Assembly (NCBI RefSeq): GCF_018977255.1
Contig: NW_024704743.1
Location: 105,960,001 to 106,024,000 of the forward strand
Reading direction: 5' to 3'
From: Callorhinchus milii
Lineage: Eukaryota
Length of the DNA stretch: 64,000 bases
Shown here: piece after piece, positions 49,990 through 62,979 of the stretch
Layout: each line of letters opens with the position of its first letter
How positions within the stretch are numbered: position 1 is the stretch's first letter
Position numbers and translations under genes: made by a program
Notes under the pieces: model-generated
Seen by the model: the letters and a program-made list of their open reading frames with translations, nothing else
The model's database searches: none
Told to the model about the DNA's origin: nothing

Positions 49990-50392
49990 CAAGGCTGAGA
50001 CTCCAGTGCAGTGCTGGGAGAACCCTATATTGCTCGAGGTGTCATTCTTCTGATGAGATGTTAAACCAAGATCCTGTCTGCCTGTTCAGGTCCCATGGCT
50101 CCATATGAAAATACGTAAGCTTTTCTCCCTGTATTCTGGCCAACAATCCTCCAGATAAATTGATTATAGCTGTTTATGGGTCATTGTGTGCAAATTGGCT
50201 GTCGGGTCCAAAACCCCTGATTGTCCAGTGCCCTAGGATGTCTTTCTGATGTGAAGGCCGCTATACAAGTGTAATTTGTTATTATTGGTTGCGTACACAT
50301 ACACAGTCACTATACTTTTCAGTAATTTCCTGTGCAGATCTTTAAGACGTTTGACATTGGAGATGCTATATCAAATGGGAGGATTATTATTA
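49990..50392 (+). mobile_element. Deu-domain SINE with an L2 3' end nested at ~50203-50287
   Basis: The SINE body is interrupted by gggtccaaaacccctgattgtccagtgccctaggatg...gtaatttgtt. Confidence 0.7.
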
Positions 50393-51952
50393 ACCGTACG
50401 CCAGAATAAACCAGCACCCTGATGAGAGGAGAATTAACATATGCTTGCCAAAAGCAATGTAGTTTGCAGCGTTACATTAATGGGGATTTTCTGGTAATCC
50501 GGTGCCACCCCTAATGAAGGGATTAAAATAAGGTCATTTGTTTATATGTCACTAAGTACTGTCAGCTCCACACATCACACCACTAATTCCACCTAATAGC
50601 TTCACAGCCACAGATAGACGTTTTCTTGTTGTCTTGGTATAAAATATACAGTTTGAATGTGTGAGACAGATAGACACTCTCTCCATGTAAGTTTACTCAT
50701 AGTTACAGCCTTACCTACTTGTATAAACAATCCCAGGTTAGTGTAGAGAGTGGAGAGTGTAGAACATTAACCTCCAGTTGTCTTCAACCAGTGAACCGCT
50801 TGGCACTGAGTCCCATTATTACCTTATGCAAAGCTGCTGAATATTGTTTGCCCACACAGAATAATGGATACCAGTAATCCATTGCAAGATTTTAATCACA
50901 GAATGGTTCAATTTACACCTTGAGATTAGATGAAAGCTATGAAATCACCTGGAGTGATTTTCTCCTCTCCACTGCACACCACATTTTGTATTAACCCCTT
51001 TTTTAACCCTTACCTCACAGTCAGTAGGATAACAAAATCCCCTCTCTCTGTAGCCCTGACTGCTTCTTCATATGAATAGGGTTCCAGGCTAAGATACATT
51101 TAGGTATATTAAATTACATTAAGGTACCTCTTTTCTCTTCATCCTTCTTGGCATCCATCCCCACAACTGTGAAGTGCTCTGATATGTGAAGGGTGCTATA
51201 TAAATGCTTGTTGTTGTACTGTTTAAGACTTTTGACATGAGAGGTGCTATATCAAATGGAAGGATTATTCTTAACTACGCCAGAATAAACTAGCACCCTG
51301 ATAAGAAGAAACTATTTAAACAGAAAGTTAGTCTTCCGAATGATATGTTACCTGACTGCTTTTACATATTTCAATAAATGTATAGTAACACTGGATACTC
51401 ACAAACGCTATCAGGAATATCTTTTAGGATCATAATATTATTCCTAAACCACTATAAAAAACAACATTTTAAATAAAATTGACACAGGTCTAAGTCCACA
51501 TCAATCGGTAAAACTCTTGCCTCTGGATCAGAAGGTCATGGGTTCAAGCCCCACAATGGAGCTCAGTTGTATGTTGCCTTGTTGTGGTGCCATTCTTTTC
51601 ATAAAATGACAAACTGGGATATCATTTTCCTGATCAGATGGAGATGCTAAAGATCCCACTAATTGAAAAGAGAAGGGAGTTTCTCCTGTTTTCCTATCCA
51701 CCAATCCTCCAGATAATTTGGCCGTTTACTTTATGGCTGCTTGTGGGTCCATGCTTGGCAAAAATTGGTAGCTGGGTTTGCTTACAAATATAGTTGCTAA
51801 ACTTGCCCATTCCCACCCCCTACGGTCCACCCCTCTTCATACCAACCCAACGCTCGGGTGCAAACCCTTAAGTGCTTTGGGATGTCCTTCCAACGAGAAA
51901 TGTGCTATATAAATATCATTTTTTGTTGTTGTTGACAGCATTTACCTATGAA

Positions 51953-52241
51953 GGAATCTTGTAGTTCAGTGGTGAGAGCACTCGCCTCGCAAGCGGGAGA
52001 TCTAGGTTCGATTCCCGGCAGGGCGAAACGTTGGGCAGTTTCCTTACTCCACACACTGATAATAATCCCTCAAGAAAATAAATAAATAAATTAGTCAATC
52101 CACGACTGTTTGTGGGACATTGCTACATTTCGCCCACTAATATACAGTCAATTCACTTTACAGTGTAATCAGTGAAGCACTTTGAGATATCTGGAAGATG
52201 TGAAAAGCGCTATATCAAATGCAAGGATTATTATTATTATT
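51953..52241 (+). mobile_element. tRNA-derived SINE, same family
   Basis: gtagttcagtggtgagagcactcgcctcgcaagcg...ggttcgattccc head, shared body and (ATT)n tail. Confidence 0.88.
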
Positions 52242-55200
52242 AAGAAGTGTGCTTTGATATTACATTTATTGCTATATATTAGTTTACCTGTTTTTGCCCT
52301 GACACCTCATTTCTTCCTAATATCTTTCTGTCATTTTTAAAGATAAATAGTTCCTTGAAAATCAAAATATTTTGTTTGCAAAGGGAAACAATCATATTCA
52401 TTGTATTGCAGTCAACTACAATGACATGTCACTCAATGAAAAGTACTGATTTATGGGCCAAGACTCCATTTGTCACTTTAGATATTAAATGCCGGTTCCA
52501 ATGCTCAGTGACATGGCACTGAGTGTTACAATAAAATGATACAGAGAATACTATAACTGTACCTTCAATAGTGTGTTACTGCACAAGTTATAATTCCTTC
52601 TCTTATCTGGGTCCTGCAACTAACACAGACCACCTACTGTGTAGGGTGAACCAAGTCTTATGTACCCCACATAGTCAGCTGACCTTACTAATCTCAGTGG
52701 TAGTTCTTATTTAACCAAACCAGGGTGTGTTGATCTCAGCCCAGCAGGTGTAAATTGAGCTTATGGAGAGCTGATGACAGCCCAGGGGCTGGCAGGCTCC
52801 AGAGGTGGGATACCCACCAGGATTAACATGATTTGACTCCAGTAATTAACTCTGGTGAGGATGATCCCACAGTGGGGGGATAATGGCTTTGACAATCCCG
52901 ACTGACAAAACTACAGAAAGCAATGTAGACAACTGAAACTAAACCTTTAACTGCGGCCAGAATTACCTGTAAATACTCGGGAAAGAAAAGGCACAGGAGG
53001 AGTGTTATTCAAGAAGTCAACCATGAATTTAAAGGGCTTCAAGAGATTATCCAAAAAAGTGTGGCAAAGGACAGCAACATAAAGGAAGGCCATTTAAGGT
53101 GCAGTTTTGATTTGGACGTTTTGGAGGGGAAATCTGTTGTGCGTGATGTTGTGATGTGGTTGGTATTACCAGTGATAATTGCCTCAGCACATACCACACA
53201 TTTCTGCTTCAGTTATATGGGGTGGAGGGGGGGAATCCAATAAATAATTGTGTTTGATTCAAGAAAGACTGGGTGTCCAGTGAGTGCTACACTCTGAATG
53301 TGGACTGGAACTACTGGACTCCTGATGTTATTATTAGTCTCGAAGACGTGATAAGGCGCTGTATCAAATGCAACAATTATTATTATTATTATAATATCTG
53401 CCTGATTGACAGTCAAACCCAAGTGTGATGCAGCGACACCGTTTTTAAGTTGTGACATTTTCATATTTTGATGCTTTAGATACTTAATGCCTGTTACCAT
53501 GTGCCTGCACAGATTTGACAATTCCCAGATCTTATGAAACTTTAATCTTTGTACCTGCCATTTTTATTAAAAGAATAAAATAATTGTGAACTATTAATAT
53601 AAAAAGAAGGCAATGAATTTGACATACCTTACTAATAATCCGAGTTCAGGTGATATCTGTTACTGAGTTTCGTTAGGTCAGGTCGTGCTCTCTCCCAGAC
53701 ACTATCAGTTTGTTCTGTAGGTGATACAAACTAGGAAGGTCAGCACTTAGTCAGAAAGCAGTCGCGCAAAACTAACTGGAAGATTGTGCAGGCTACAATG
53801 AGGTGTGAAACATTCTGCAGGAATGCAGTGATATAATGTCACACAGGAAATCTGGGGTGGAGGACTAATGTGTTAAAATAGCTGTTACACTAAATTCTGC
53901 AATGGAGCTGTCATCAGCAGTGCTGACTGTAGCTGAGATCATTTATAGAGAGGCTCTGCTGCAGCACTTCTCTCAATTTCGGCAGGTTTTTTGTAAATAA
54001 AACAGTTTATTTAGTTTTCTAATTTAATGTCCTCTGTTCATTCTGCTGTTGTGTTATTACAGTTGTTGCTTTGCTTCCTTGGCTAATTGGCTTCCAATAG
54101 GACCACAAAAGCTGCTGAGTGATTTGAATGTTAATGAAACAGCAGGCGTACGTCAGCTTGCTGCAAGGGCCGTTTTGCTCCTGTAATGATTACGTTTGCT
54201 GAAGAAAACAAATTCTTCCTGGCAGGTTGTCTAAGAACCCACTTGAGAGCGATCAGTGGCTGAACAGCAGTGGGCAATGTTGACAACACAGGAAGGTCCT
54301 ACAAGAAAGCTTGCTATATTTGTAGAAACAATGGGGAAGAGGTGAAATTTCATTATAAACATCCACTGTCAAAGACACTACACTTAGAGGAATTTCTCCC
54401 TCAATTTCTATGAGGCTATATTTCTTTTGCTGAAATATTATTTTATATTTCATCCCAAACTCCTGCTCGGGTCCAAATCACTGACTGGTCAGCACCTTGG
54501 GATGCCCTCCCGATGTGAAAGACGCTATACAAATACAATTTGCTGTTGCTGTTCACATGTCAAATCTGTCTCAGTTGGTAGCACTCTTGCCACTAGGTTA
54601 GAAGATTATGCGTTCAAGGTAATGTCTACACCTTCTAAGTTGAATAGATAAGACAGAGGCTGATCGATCTTCTAGAATGCTTTGCAAAACCAGTTTGAGG
54701 GATGTCCTCCCTCACCTCAATTGGGGTAATGCTAGAGTTCAACCAGCTGCTGGACAGGCTGCATTGAAGGCACTGTTGAAGGCACTGGCTGGCAAACTTC
54801 CCTCTACTTGTCCGGCTAGGACCACCCTTCCAGTTAGAAGTTTGCCTTAAAGGGTTAACAGGAGCTGAGTGGAAAGGATCCCTGCTTCCAGCAATCCCTG
54901 CTCCCAGTAAGCTTACTGGTAAGCAAAGCTGTGATCAGGTCAATCAATTCATGTACTTATATCTACACCAAGCAGCTCAGACCCAAGATTTCTCATGTCT
55001 TAATTTTAAGACCATTGGAGTAGGGATGGTGTTTTACTTGTAATTCACCTTTCAGCCTAAATCTGTTATAAATTTTCCAAAGTTTCTTTGCTCACTTTTC
55101 TGAAGATATGTTTCGCCCAAATATAATTTCACAGTATTTGGCAACATTAATGCATGCCTCATTGTTGTTTTGGAACAGGAAAAAAATTGTTTTTTTGATC

Positions 55201-57089
55201 TGAGAGCTGGGAGCATTGAATAGAATCTGCCAAATCATAGCCATAGGGCCATCTGTAAATCTGAAAACTTTGATGTTTTTGTTAAAATAAGAACTAGGTT
55301 TGATATGAATAATTTATTAAGTCTAGACACTATAAGAATAATCTTTGCATTTGATACAGTGCCTAAAACTGAAACATCTTAAGCACTTTACATGGAATTG
55401 CTTTCAAGTATAGCGATCATATAAAAATTTAGCCAACACACTTTTCCAGGTTTTCTGTATGTTTTGTATATTGGCCTATTGGTGTGAAAATAATAAGAAT
55501 AATACTTGAATTTGATATAACTCTTTATCACATCTAAATTTTTCAAAGCGCTTCACTATAAAGTGTAGTGACTGTGTATTTTGTTTGCAAATACAGCAGT
55601 CAATATATGCACAGCAGTGTCCCACAAACACCCATGAAGTGAATTATTAATTTTATCTGGGGGATTGTCAGCCAGGATATCAGAACAAACTCATTTCACT
55701 TTATGAATAATGCAATGGGGTCTTTAATGTTCACCTGAACAGGCACACCGGGAATTCAGTTTAACGTTTCATCCAAACACAATGTTAGATACACATCAAA
55801 TGTAGATCATTGCTTTCAAATTACAATCTTACATTATATGAATAATGTTTTCTGAAAATATTTTTCTTGCCAATTTCCACCTTTAAATTTCCTCTGATGC
55901 AGAGGTACCGAATGAGCCAGGCTAACAACTCCAAGGGTATCAGTCTGGCTCAGTAGTACTTTTGCTTCTGAGTCAGAAGGTTATAGAGTCAATACCCAAG
56001 TCAGGACTTTCAGTTCACTGGAAGACTGACACTCCAGTACAGTGTTGAGGGGTGCAATAAAGTGTCAGTGAATTTGAATGAGATGTTAAATTGAAGTCCA
56101 GGTGGATGTTAAAGTTTGCTTGAAATTGTTCAAAAAGAGATTTTCTCCTGGTGTTGTGTCCAACAAACCTCTAAGTGAAATTGGTCATTAGACGGCTGAT
56201 TGTGGGCAAATTCTTGTATGCAAATTGTACACTAAAAATTAGTCCCAGGAATGGAAATTTGTGCCACGAGGTGAATAGAGCCCGTTTGGATAGATCAAGA
56301 AGCGGAAATCTTGACGAGCAGTGTAAATGAAAGGTAGAGAGAGGTGTATTTTATATCTGGTTTGTGCTCTGCCTGATTGTACAGTGACCATCTTGACCAA
56401 AGTTGGAAAAAAAAGCAAGATGGCCTATTCTTCATCATTGCCTCACTCATGCAACAAAATGTAGAATGTAGCTAGAGAAATGCAACAGTTATTACATCAG
56501 TGAGACGTTTCTATAAGTAACAAAGCACAACATGAAGTTCAGAGAACAGCATTGATGTCTTGGAGGGCCAAACTATTGAACAGAACTCCACCCGTGTGGG
56601 TTCTTTTTGGACACACAAGAAACACTTACAGCTGAGAATTCTTTCAAAAATGATTAAACAAATAGTTTATTTCCTTGAAAACTAGTCGTGGCCATGCATA
56701 TAAATAGGCATCTGTTTCATAAGTGGGTGTGGTGGCCAAAGTGGAAAGGTGGCTCCATCGTACTGTGTTCTGTTCCTACTAATTGAGCTGGAAAAGCTGC
56801 CCTCTGTGATAAAGGAGTAAGGAGCTATGCTGACAGATGTTTGGATGGCATCACCCATTGCTTCCTGCAGTAAGACAGAGCTGCTGAGTACGCTCACGTT
56901 CTGAACCTCTACTCTGATTGATGTTAAAGTGCGTAACTGGAACACTTTCATGAGAATGAGGCACGTAGTAAGATATATTTTGTTTAGGTAAGTCTATAAA
57001 AAGATTATTTCCATTGTAAAATGTTTTATCTGTTCGCATTAATATTTTGCTATTTCTGTCGGGAACCTACAATGAACAGACTTAAGGTC

Positions 57090-57506
57090 AATAATAATAA
57101 TAATAATAATCCTTGCATTTGATATAGCGCTTTTCACTTCTTGTAGACGTCTCAAAGTACTTCACAGGATTTACTGTAAGATAATTGTGACTGTATTTTG
57201 TAGTCAAACACCAGCCAATTTTCACGGAGCAGTCCCACAAACAGCCATAAAGGAGATAACCAGGAACAAGGGTAAACTCCCCTTCTCATTTTGAATAGTA
57301 CTGTACTATCTTTATCATCCACTTGAACAGACAGACAGGATCCGTCTCAGCCAAAGGATGGCACCTCCAACAATGCAACACTCCCCCAGCACTGCATTGT
57401 GGAGTCCCAGCCTAGACTGTATGAATCCAAAGTCCTATCATGGGCTTGAACCCATTAACTTCTAGATTTAGAGGTGAGAGTGCTACCAACTGAGCCAGGG
57501 TGACAC
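57090..57506 (-). mobile_element. Deu-domain SINE, near full length
   Basis: Reverse complement of the 5770 element, including head (gagagtgctaccaactgagcc) and (ATT)n tail. Confidence 0.75.
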
Positions 57507-57680
57507 ACTTTGGTTTGTGGTGAAATATCTAGCAGTAGGAGCAGTGTGTCCCAAGGATGCTGTTCTCTGGGCTTGATCTTTGTAGTAGTATTTTTAAAAA
57601 GTACTAACATCATTTCTGATCTTTTGCCAATAAGGAGATATAGTATCCTTATTGATAGTAAAGAAGATTCACTTGTGATA

Positions 57681-57990
57681 CAATACAAAAATTACATTTG
57701 TATAGTGCCTTTCATGTTGGGAGGAAGTCCCAAGGTGCTGGACAATCAATGTTTTGGACCTGAGCTAGAGTTTGGGATCGGGGAGGGTGGAGGGCAGGGG
57801 GGAAGGAGGATGACCAAAGGCACGGTCGAAGAGGAGGGTCTTGAGATGGGTCTTGAAGGAGGCAAGGGAGGTGGCGAAGCGGAGAGACTGCGGGATGGAG
57901 ATCCAGAGGATGGGACAGAGTGACTTTAGGCTGGTCCACCAATAGTGAGGTGGGCGATGCGAGAGATGTGAAACATGCTGGAGTCCATTG
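57681..57990 (-). mobile_element. L2 LINE 3' fragment
   Basis: Reverse complement of the L2 tail (cctttcatgttgggaggaagtcccaaggtgctggac) plus the G-rich 3' UTR strand. Confidence 0.8.
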
Positions 57991-59654
57991 AGATTAGGAC
58001 AGGTGGAAACTGTTCTGATCTCTAATCCCTAGAAAGGATTAACCTTTTAGTACAGAATATTTAAAAACTTGGAGATCTGAGACTGGCTCTTGGGATTGTG
58101 CTCATACACAGTACTCCAAGACACTATCCTGCATGAAGGGCGCTATATAATTGCAAGTTGTTGTTGTAGTTATTTACTGCATATTGGATTACCAATGCAT
58201 TTCTCCTGTACCAGCTCCTACTCTCGTCCTGTTTGTAATCTTCACTTAGAAAAGCAAATTTTGTACAGAATGAAATCCCAACCTAAATCTTCATACAATA
58301 ATTTATCCTTACAACAACAACAACAACTTTCATTTATATAGCTCCCCTCACACAGGGTAGAGTCCCAGAGTGCTTGAAAGTGGTGAAGCGTGACTCTGAG
58401 CCAGTAGGAGGGGAAGGTGACATTTGATATAACTCCTTTCATGGCAGGAGGACACCTCAAAGCGTTTCACAGAATATACCTTGAAGTGTAGTGAGTTCTC
58501 TATAGGTGAATGTGTTAACTCTCCTTTATTACTGGAGCAAAGAAGGTTAATGGTTGACCTAAAGGAGGACTTCAAGATCATGAAGGTATAGTATAGGTCA
58601 CTGGTCAGAGGCTGGTCAGTTTGGTTAACAGTCTGCCACTGTAGAACATCTCCTATCTTCTGACTTTCACAAAGGCCCAAGTGTTCATTCCATCTTAAGT
58701 ATCATAATATTTGCTTGACACATGGCTGAAGAATTCTTGTTGTAGAAAACTATTGTTTCAACAAAACATGAACTTTTGGACCTGCTGGGAAATGATACCT
58801 ATTATTTTCTTGCTTCTGAGGAAACAGAAATGCAAATAAGTCTAAAAATATTCACACCTCTTTCAAAGATGCAGACAATGGATGTAACATATAAGTTAGC
58901 CAGGGAGCTTCCTAAACTAAATCCAGCACCTAAGAATGGATTTGGGGTATGGCAGGGTGAAAAGTCAAGGCCAGGAGCCAAAATTAAAATCAATATGTCT
59001 GTGTTACCTTATTTAATTTACTGCTACCAGTTTACAAGATATGTTGCTAAGTGGCAGGCTGGAGCTACTGTGTACACAGAATGGATAAGGAAGAAAACAA
59101 GACTGGACTGCATGTGCAAACAATCAATCAGAGCTGGTCAGACAAGAGAAGGAAAGACAGTATTATATTAGCAGGAAAGATACAAAAATAGAGGAAAATA
59201 TTGTATCTGAAATACACAAAAATATCTATGCCATTAAAGCTGCTTCACTCAGAAACCATTATTAAAAATGTACCTTCAATCAAACTCTTTAGCAGGTTTG
59301 ATGTAGTAAAAAATCTTTTAAAATATTGTTCGAGAAGAATTCCACTCGGGTCTAGGTTTACTCTATTCATGTAGCATTGCAGACGGTCTGGAATTTAGCA
59401 AATTGTTACATTCAATCTTAACTTTGAAGTTGGTGTCCTGTAGTTTTTAAAAGATCTGATATGATGTGATAATTATCACATTGAACATGTTATCAAACAA
59501 TGGTAATGTCTCCCTTTTTGTTAATTATTATCTCCAGGCTCAGTAACCTCCCCCCCACTCACCACCACCCATTGGATGCCCCATTTTACCAACCTCGTGG
59601 TTCCATCTTCGAAATGTCAGGCACCGGGCCGTCTTGGCTTTGTGTTTCTGGAAA

Positions 59655-59970
59655 AATAATAATAATAATAATCCTTGCATTTGATATAGCGCCTTATCAC
59701 ATCTTTAAGACGTCTCAAAGCGCTTCACAGAATATACTGTAAAGTGAATTGACTGTATATTTTTTGTGGACAAAAAGCGGCAGCCAATTGCGCACAGCAG
59801 TGTCTGACAAACAGTCGTGAATTGAGTTACCAATTTATTATTATTACTTTTTTGGAAGGAATTATTAACCCCTGGAAAAGCTAACTGCTAATCGACTAAC
59901 AACCGGGTTCCTACTTACTGCTAGGTAAACAGAGACATGTGGAGTAAGGAAACTTGCCCAACATTTCGTT
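59655..59970 (-). mobile_element. Long-form CORE SINE, 5'-truncated
   Basis: Minus strand ttgggcaagtttccttactccacatgtctctgtttacctagcagtaagtagg, then the shared body and (ATT)n tail. Confidence 0.85.
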
Positions 59971-61947
59971 CTTTGAGTTGAATTATAAATTCTTTTTGAG
60001 AACTGTAGAAATCGGTCTTCCAAGTTAAAGCAGAATTTAAGATTTACAATACAGTACAATCAATACAAGTTACACTAATATATTCTTCACCATTCTGCAT
60101 GTTTTTAAATTCCTTAAGTCACTTCAAGATGTGTGTGTGTATGTGAGAAACAGTTCTGCCTCTGTGCAAGGCTGGAAAGATCAGTAATTGCAGCTCTTCC
60201 ATGAGGGGCACACAATCCAATCTTGGCACAGAATAGTTTGTTCTAATATCTTGGCTGAAAACCATCACTGGTGTCAGTGTTAGAAGAGCAACACAGAGTT
60301 TCTCTAAGGAAACACACCACCTGCTGGCTGACCCCCAGAGCAGCCTGAGATTGTAGCTGGAGAAGGACATCTCAGAAGCTGGTTGGTGGTTGAAGAAGAA
60401 GGTGGTTGGTTCAGCGGAAACTGATATCAGGACTAACTCTAGCTCGACTGTATATTTGGAGCATGCATAAGGTTTATGCTTATCAACAATAACAACTTTT
60501 ATTTACATAGTGCTCTTCACACCAGATGGAGTCTCAGAGAGCTTACCACAAATCATAGTGACTTTTTTGCCACAACTTTATAAGTGGGATTTTTTGTTAG
60601 AAATTTGTACTGAAAAGACCGTACACCTATCAGTCAGCGTAAAATAATTCTCAAGTCGCAGCAGAAATAATCCATTTCATTTTCACTTTTAAGCCTTTTT
60701 CTTTAAAAAAAATGTGACTTTTGCTGCCTACACTCCCCATACTGTCTTGTGTCAGAGAGTGGGCAGAATAGTCAAAGTAGTGAGCTTCAAACCTGGTGAG
60801 ATTTCAACCTTAAAGCTTTCAGTTGTGTCAACTCCAGCAACAGTCTATCCGCTATTGACCAAAATTGCTCTATGGTAAATGGGTGGGTGGGAGAAATAAA
60901 TTTCCACTTGAGGTTGATCTTTTTAAAACAAAATTATATTGTTTAAATTCACACCTCTGTACAGTATATCCTGTAATGCAATTTGAGATGTCTTGAGGAC
61001 ATGATAAGATGCTCCAAGAAATTATTATTATAGATATTTGTGCAAATGTTAACTTTTGAAGCATTGTAATGCTTATTTTTTTACAAGATTGCAGTATTTT
61101 GAATTGCACCAAATAACCAACTATTATACAGTTCCTACCACGGGCTCACTGAGATTACTTAAATCTTACTTCATCACTGCAGGAAGTAGTTGGAAGGTTG
61201 GTATTTGCTCAAAGTGAGGGCATGTGGACTGGGACAAATCTACTCCCAACTAGTGCGTCATTTTGATGATGAGTACACCACTTAATTTCAACATTAGACT
61301 ATTGAGACCCAAAATGCTACCTCCCCCTGTCCGTCCCCCTCTTATTGTTGTCTGTAACTTGGGGGATGGGGGACTTTGACACAACTCATATCATGTGGTG
61401 CTCTAAAGCCCTTGGCACCCATTTCAAACAGTTGGTGTCTCAACTTCAACAAGAAACATCTGCAGTAGAAAAAGATGAGTAAAGAGGGTAGGAACAAAGT
61501 TGGAGGATGCCGGTAAAAATGGAAGTCTTGTGAGGTACACAGTCACCTGGAGACTTCACACAAAGCAAAGCATGGTCCAGCAGCCAGAAGCATGCTCCAC
61601 TGTTGCTCGTATTTTCAAAGAACCATTTTAGGGAAACACGCGCTAATGTAATTCTGGTCACAGTGTTCTCTCATGGTGATGAAGTGCCTTTCATGCCAGA
61701 GCGTGATAACATTTTTATTTCATTATCTCAACACCAGCCCTATAAATAATGTTTTGATTATAGTACACAAACGGTTGGACGTTGAGTACTTACAATGATA
61801 TCCCTGGCGCCACCCCGCTCCCCACCCCCCCACCCCGACACACACACATGTACACTCTTAAATGAAGAAATATACACAATAGACAGTTTGTTAGCCTTGG
61901 CATGTGGATCATACCGTTCCATATTGTTATTACTTTGTTATTACTTA

Positions 61948-62290
61948 TAATAATAATCCTTGCATTTGATATAGTGCTTTTCACAACTTCTAGACGTCTC
62001 AAAGTGCTTCACAGAATATACTGTAAAGTGAATTGACTGTATGTTTTGTGGGCAAAACGCAGCAGCCAATTGCGTACAGCAGTGTCCCACAAACAGTCGT
62101 GGATTGAAGTGATCAATTTATTATTGTTTTGTTTCTTGGGGAATTATTATCATAAAATCCAAACATAGTACAGAGTCAATTCACTTTACAGTATATTCTG
62201 TAAAGTGCTTTGAAACGTCTCGAAGATGTGATAAGGTGCTATATCAAATGCAAGGATGGTTATTATTATTATTATTATTTTATTATATTA
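61948..62290. mobile_element. Two SINE 3' halves in inverted orientation
   Basis: Minus copy 61948-62150 and plus copy 62174-62290. Confidence 0.85.
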
Positions 62291-62979
62291 TAACATTTAA
62301 TTTATAACAACAAATTGCATTTATAAAGCCCTTTCACATCGGGAGACGCCTCAAAAGATATTTCGAACAATAGAAATTTACAGCGCAGAAAGAGGCCATT
62401 CAACTGGTGACCACAAAATTCACTCCATGATGGAGTGCTTCTGATTATCAAATGAAATCTGTGTTCATGGGTCAGAGCCTTTTTTTTCAAGAAATCCTGC
62501 TCAAAATCGTTGTATCTTACAGCACATTAAAGAATGAGTAACAACTGTTAACTTTTACTTAAAATGTCCATGTTATCCTGATATGGCTGTGATATCTTGA
62601 GTAATGGCAGTTTGCATATCCTGAGACTGACTGTAATAGCACAAAATAAAACTTAAATCATGTCCTATTTCTTCATAGAGCTTGGTTTCCATGTGCATCT
62701 TGTCACCCATTCTATTATTTTACCCCCTTCTCCCCAATCGAGTGTCAGGTCAGCGCTTTGGACCAATTTGCGTGCAACAAACTGATAAAATAGATAAAAT
62801 AATAATAAATTGGTTACTGCAATCCACAACTGTTTGTGGGACCTGCGGTGAGCAATTGACTGTCGCGTTTCGCCCAGAAAATATACAGTCAAGTCACTTT
62901 ACAGTATATTCTGTGAAGCGCTTTGAGATGCCTCGAAGGCGTGATAAAATGCTATATCAAATGTAAGGATTATTATTAA

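Noticed and set aside
56682..61661. Minus-strand ORFs at 56682, 60119 and 61446 as exons of a neighbouring gene
   Set aside because: No recognisable domain or consistent splice phases; lengths are within chance expectation.
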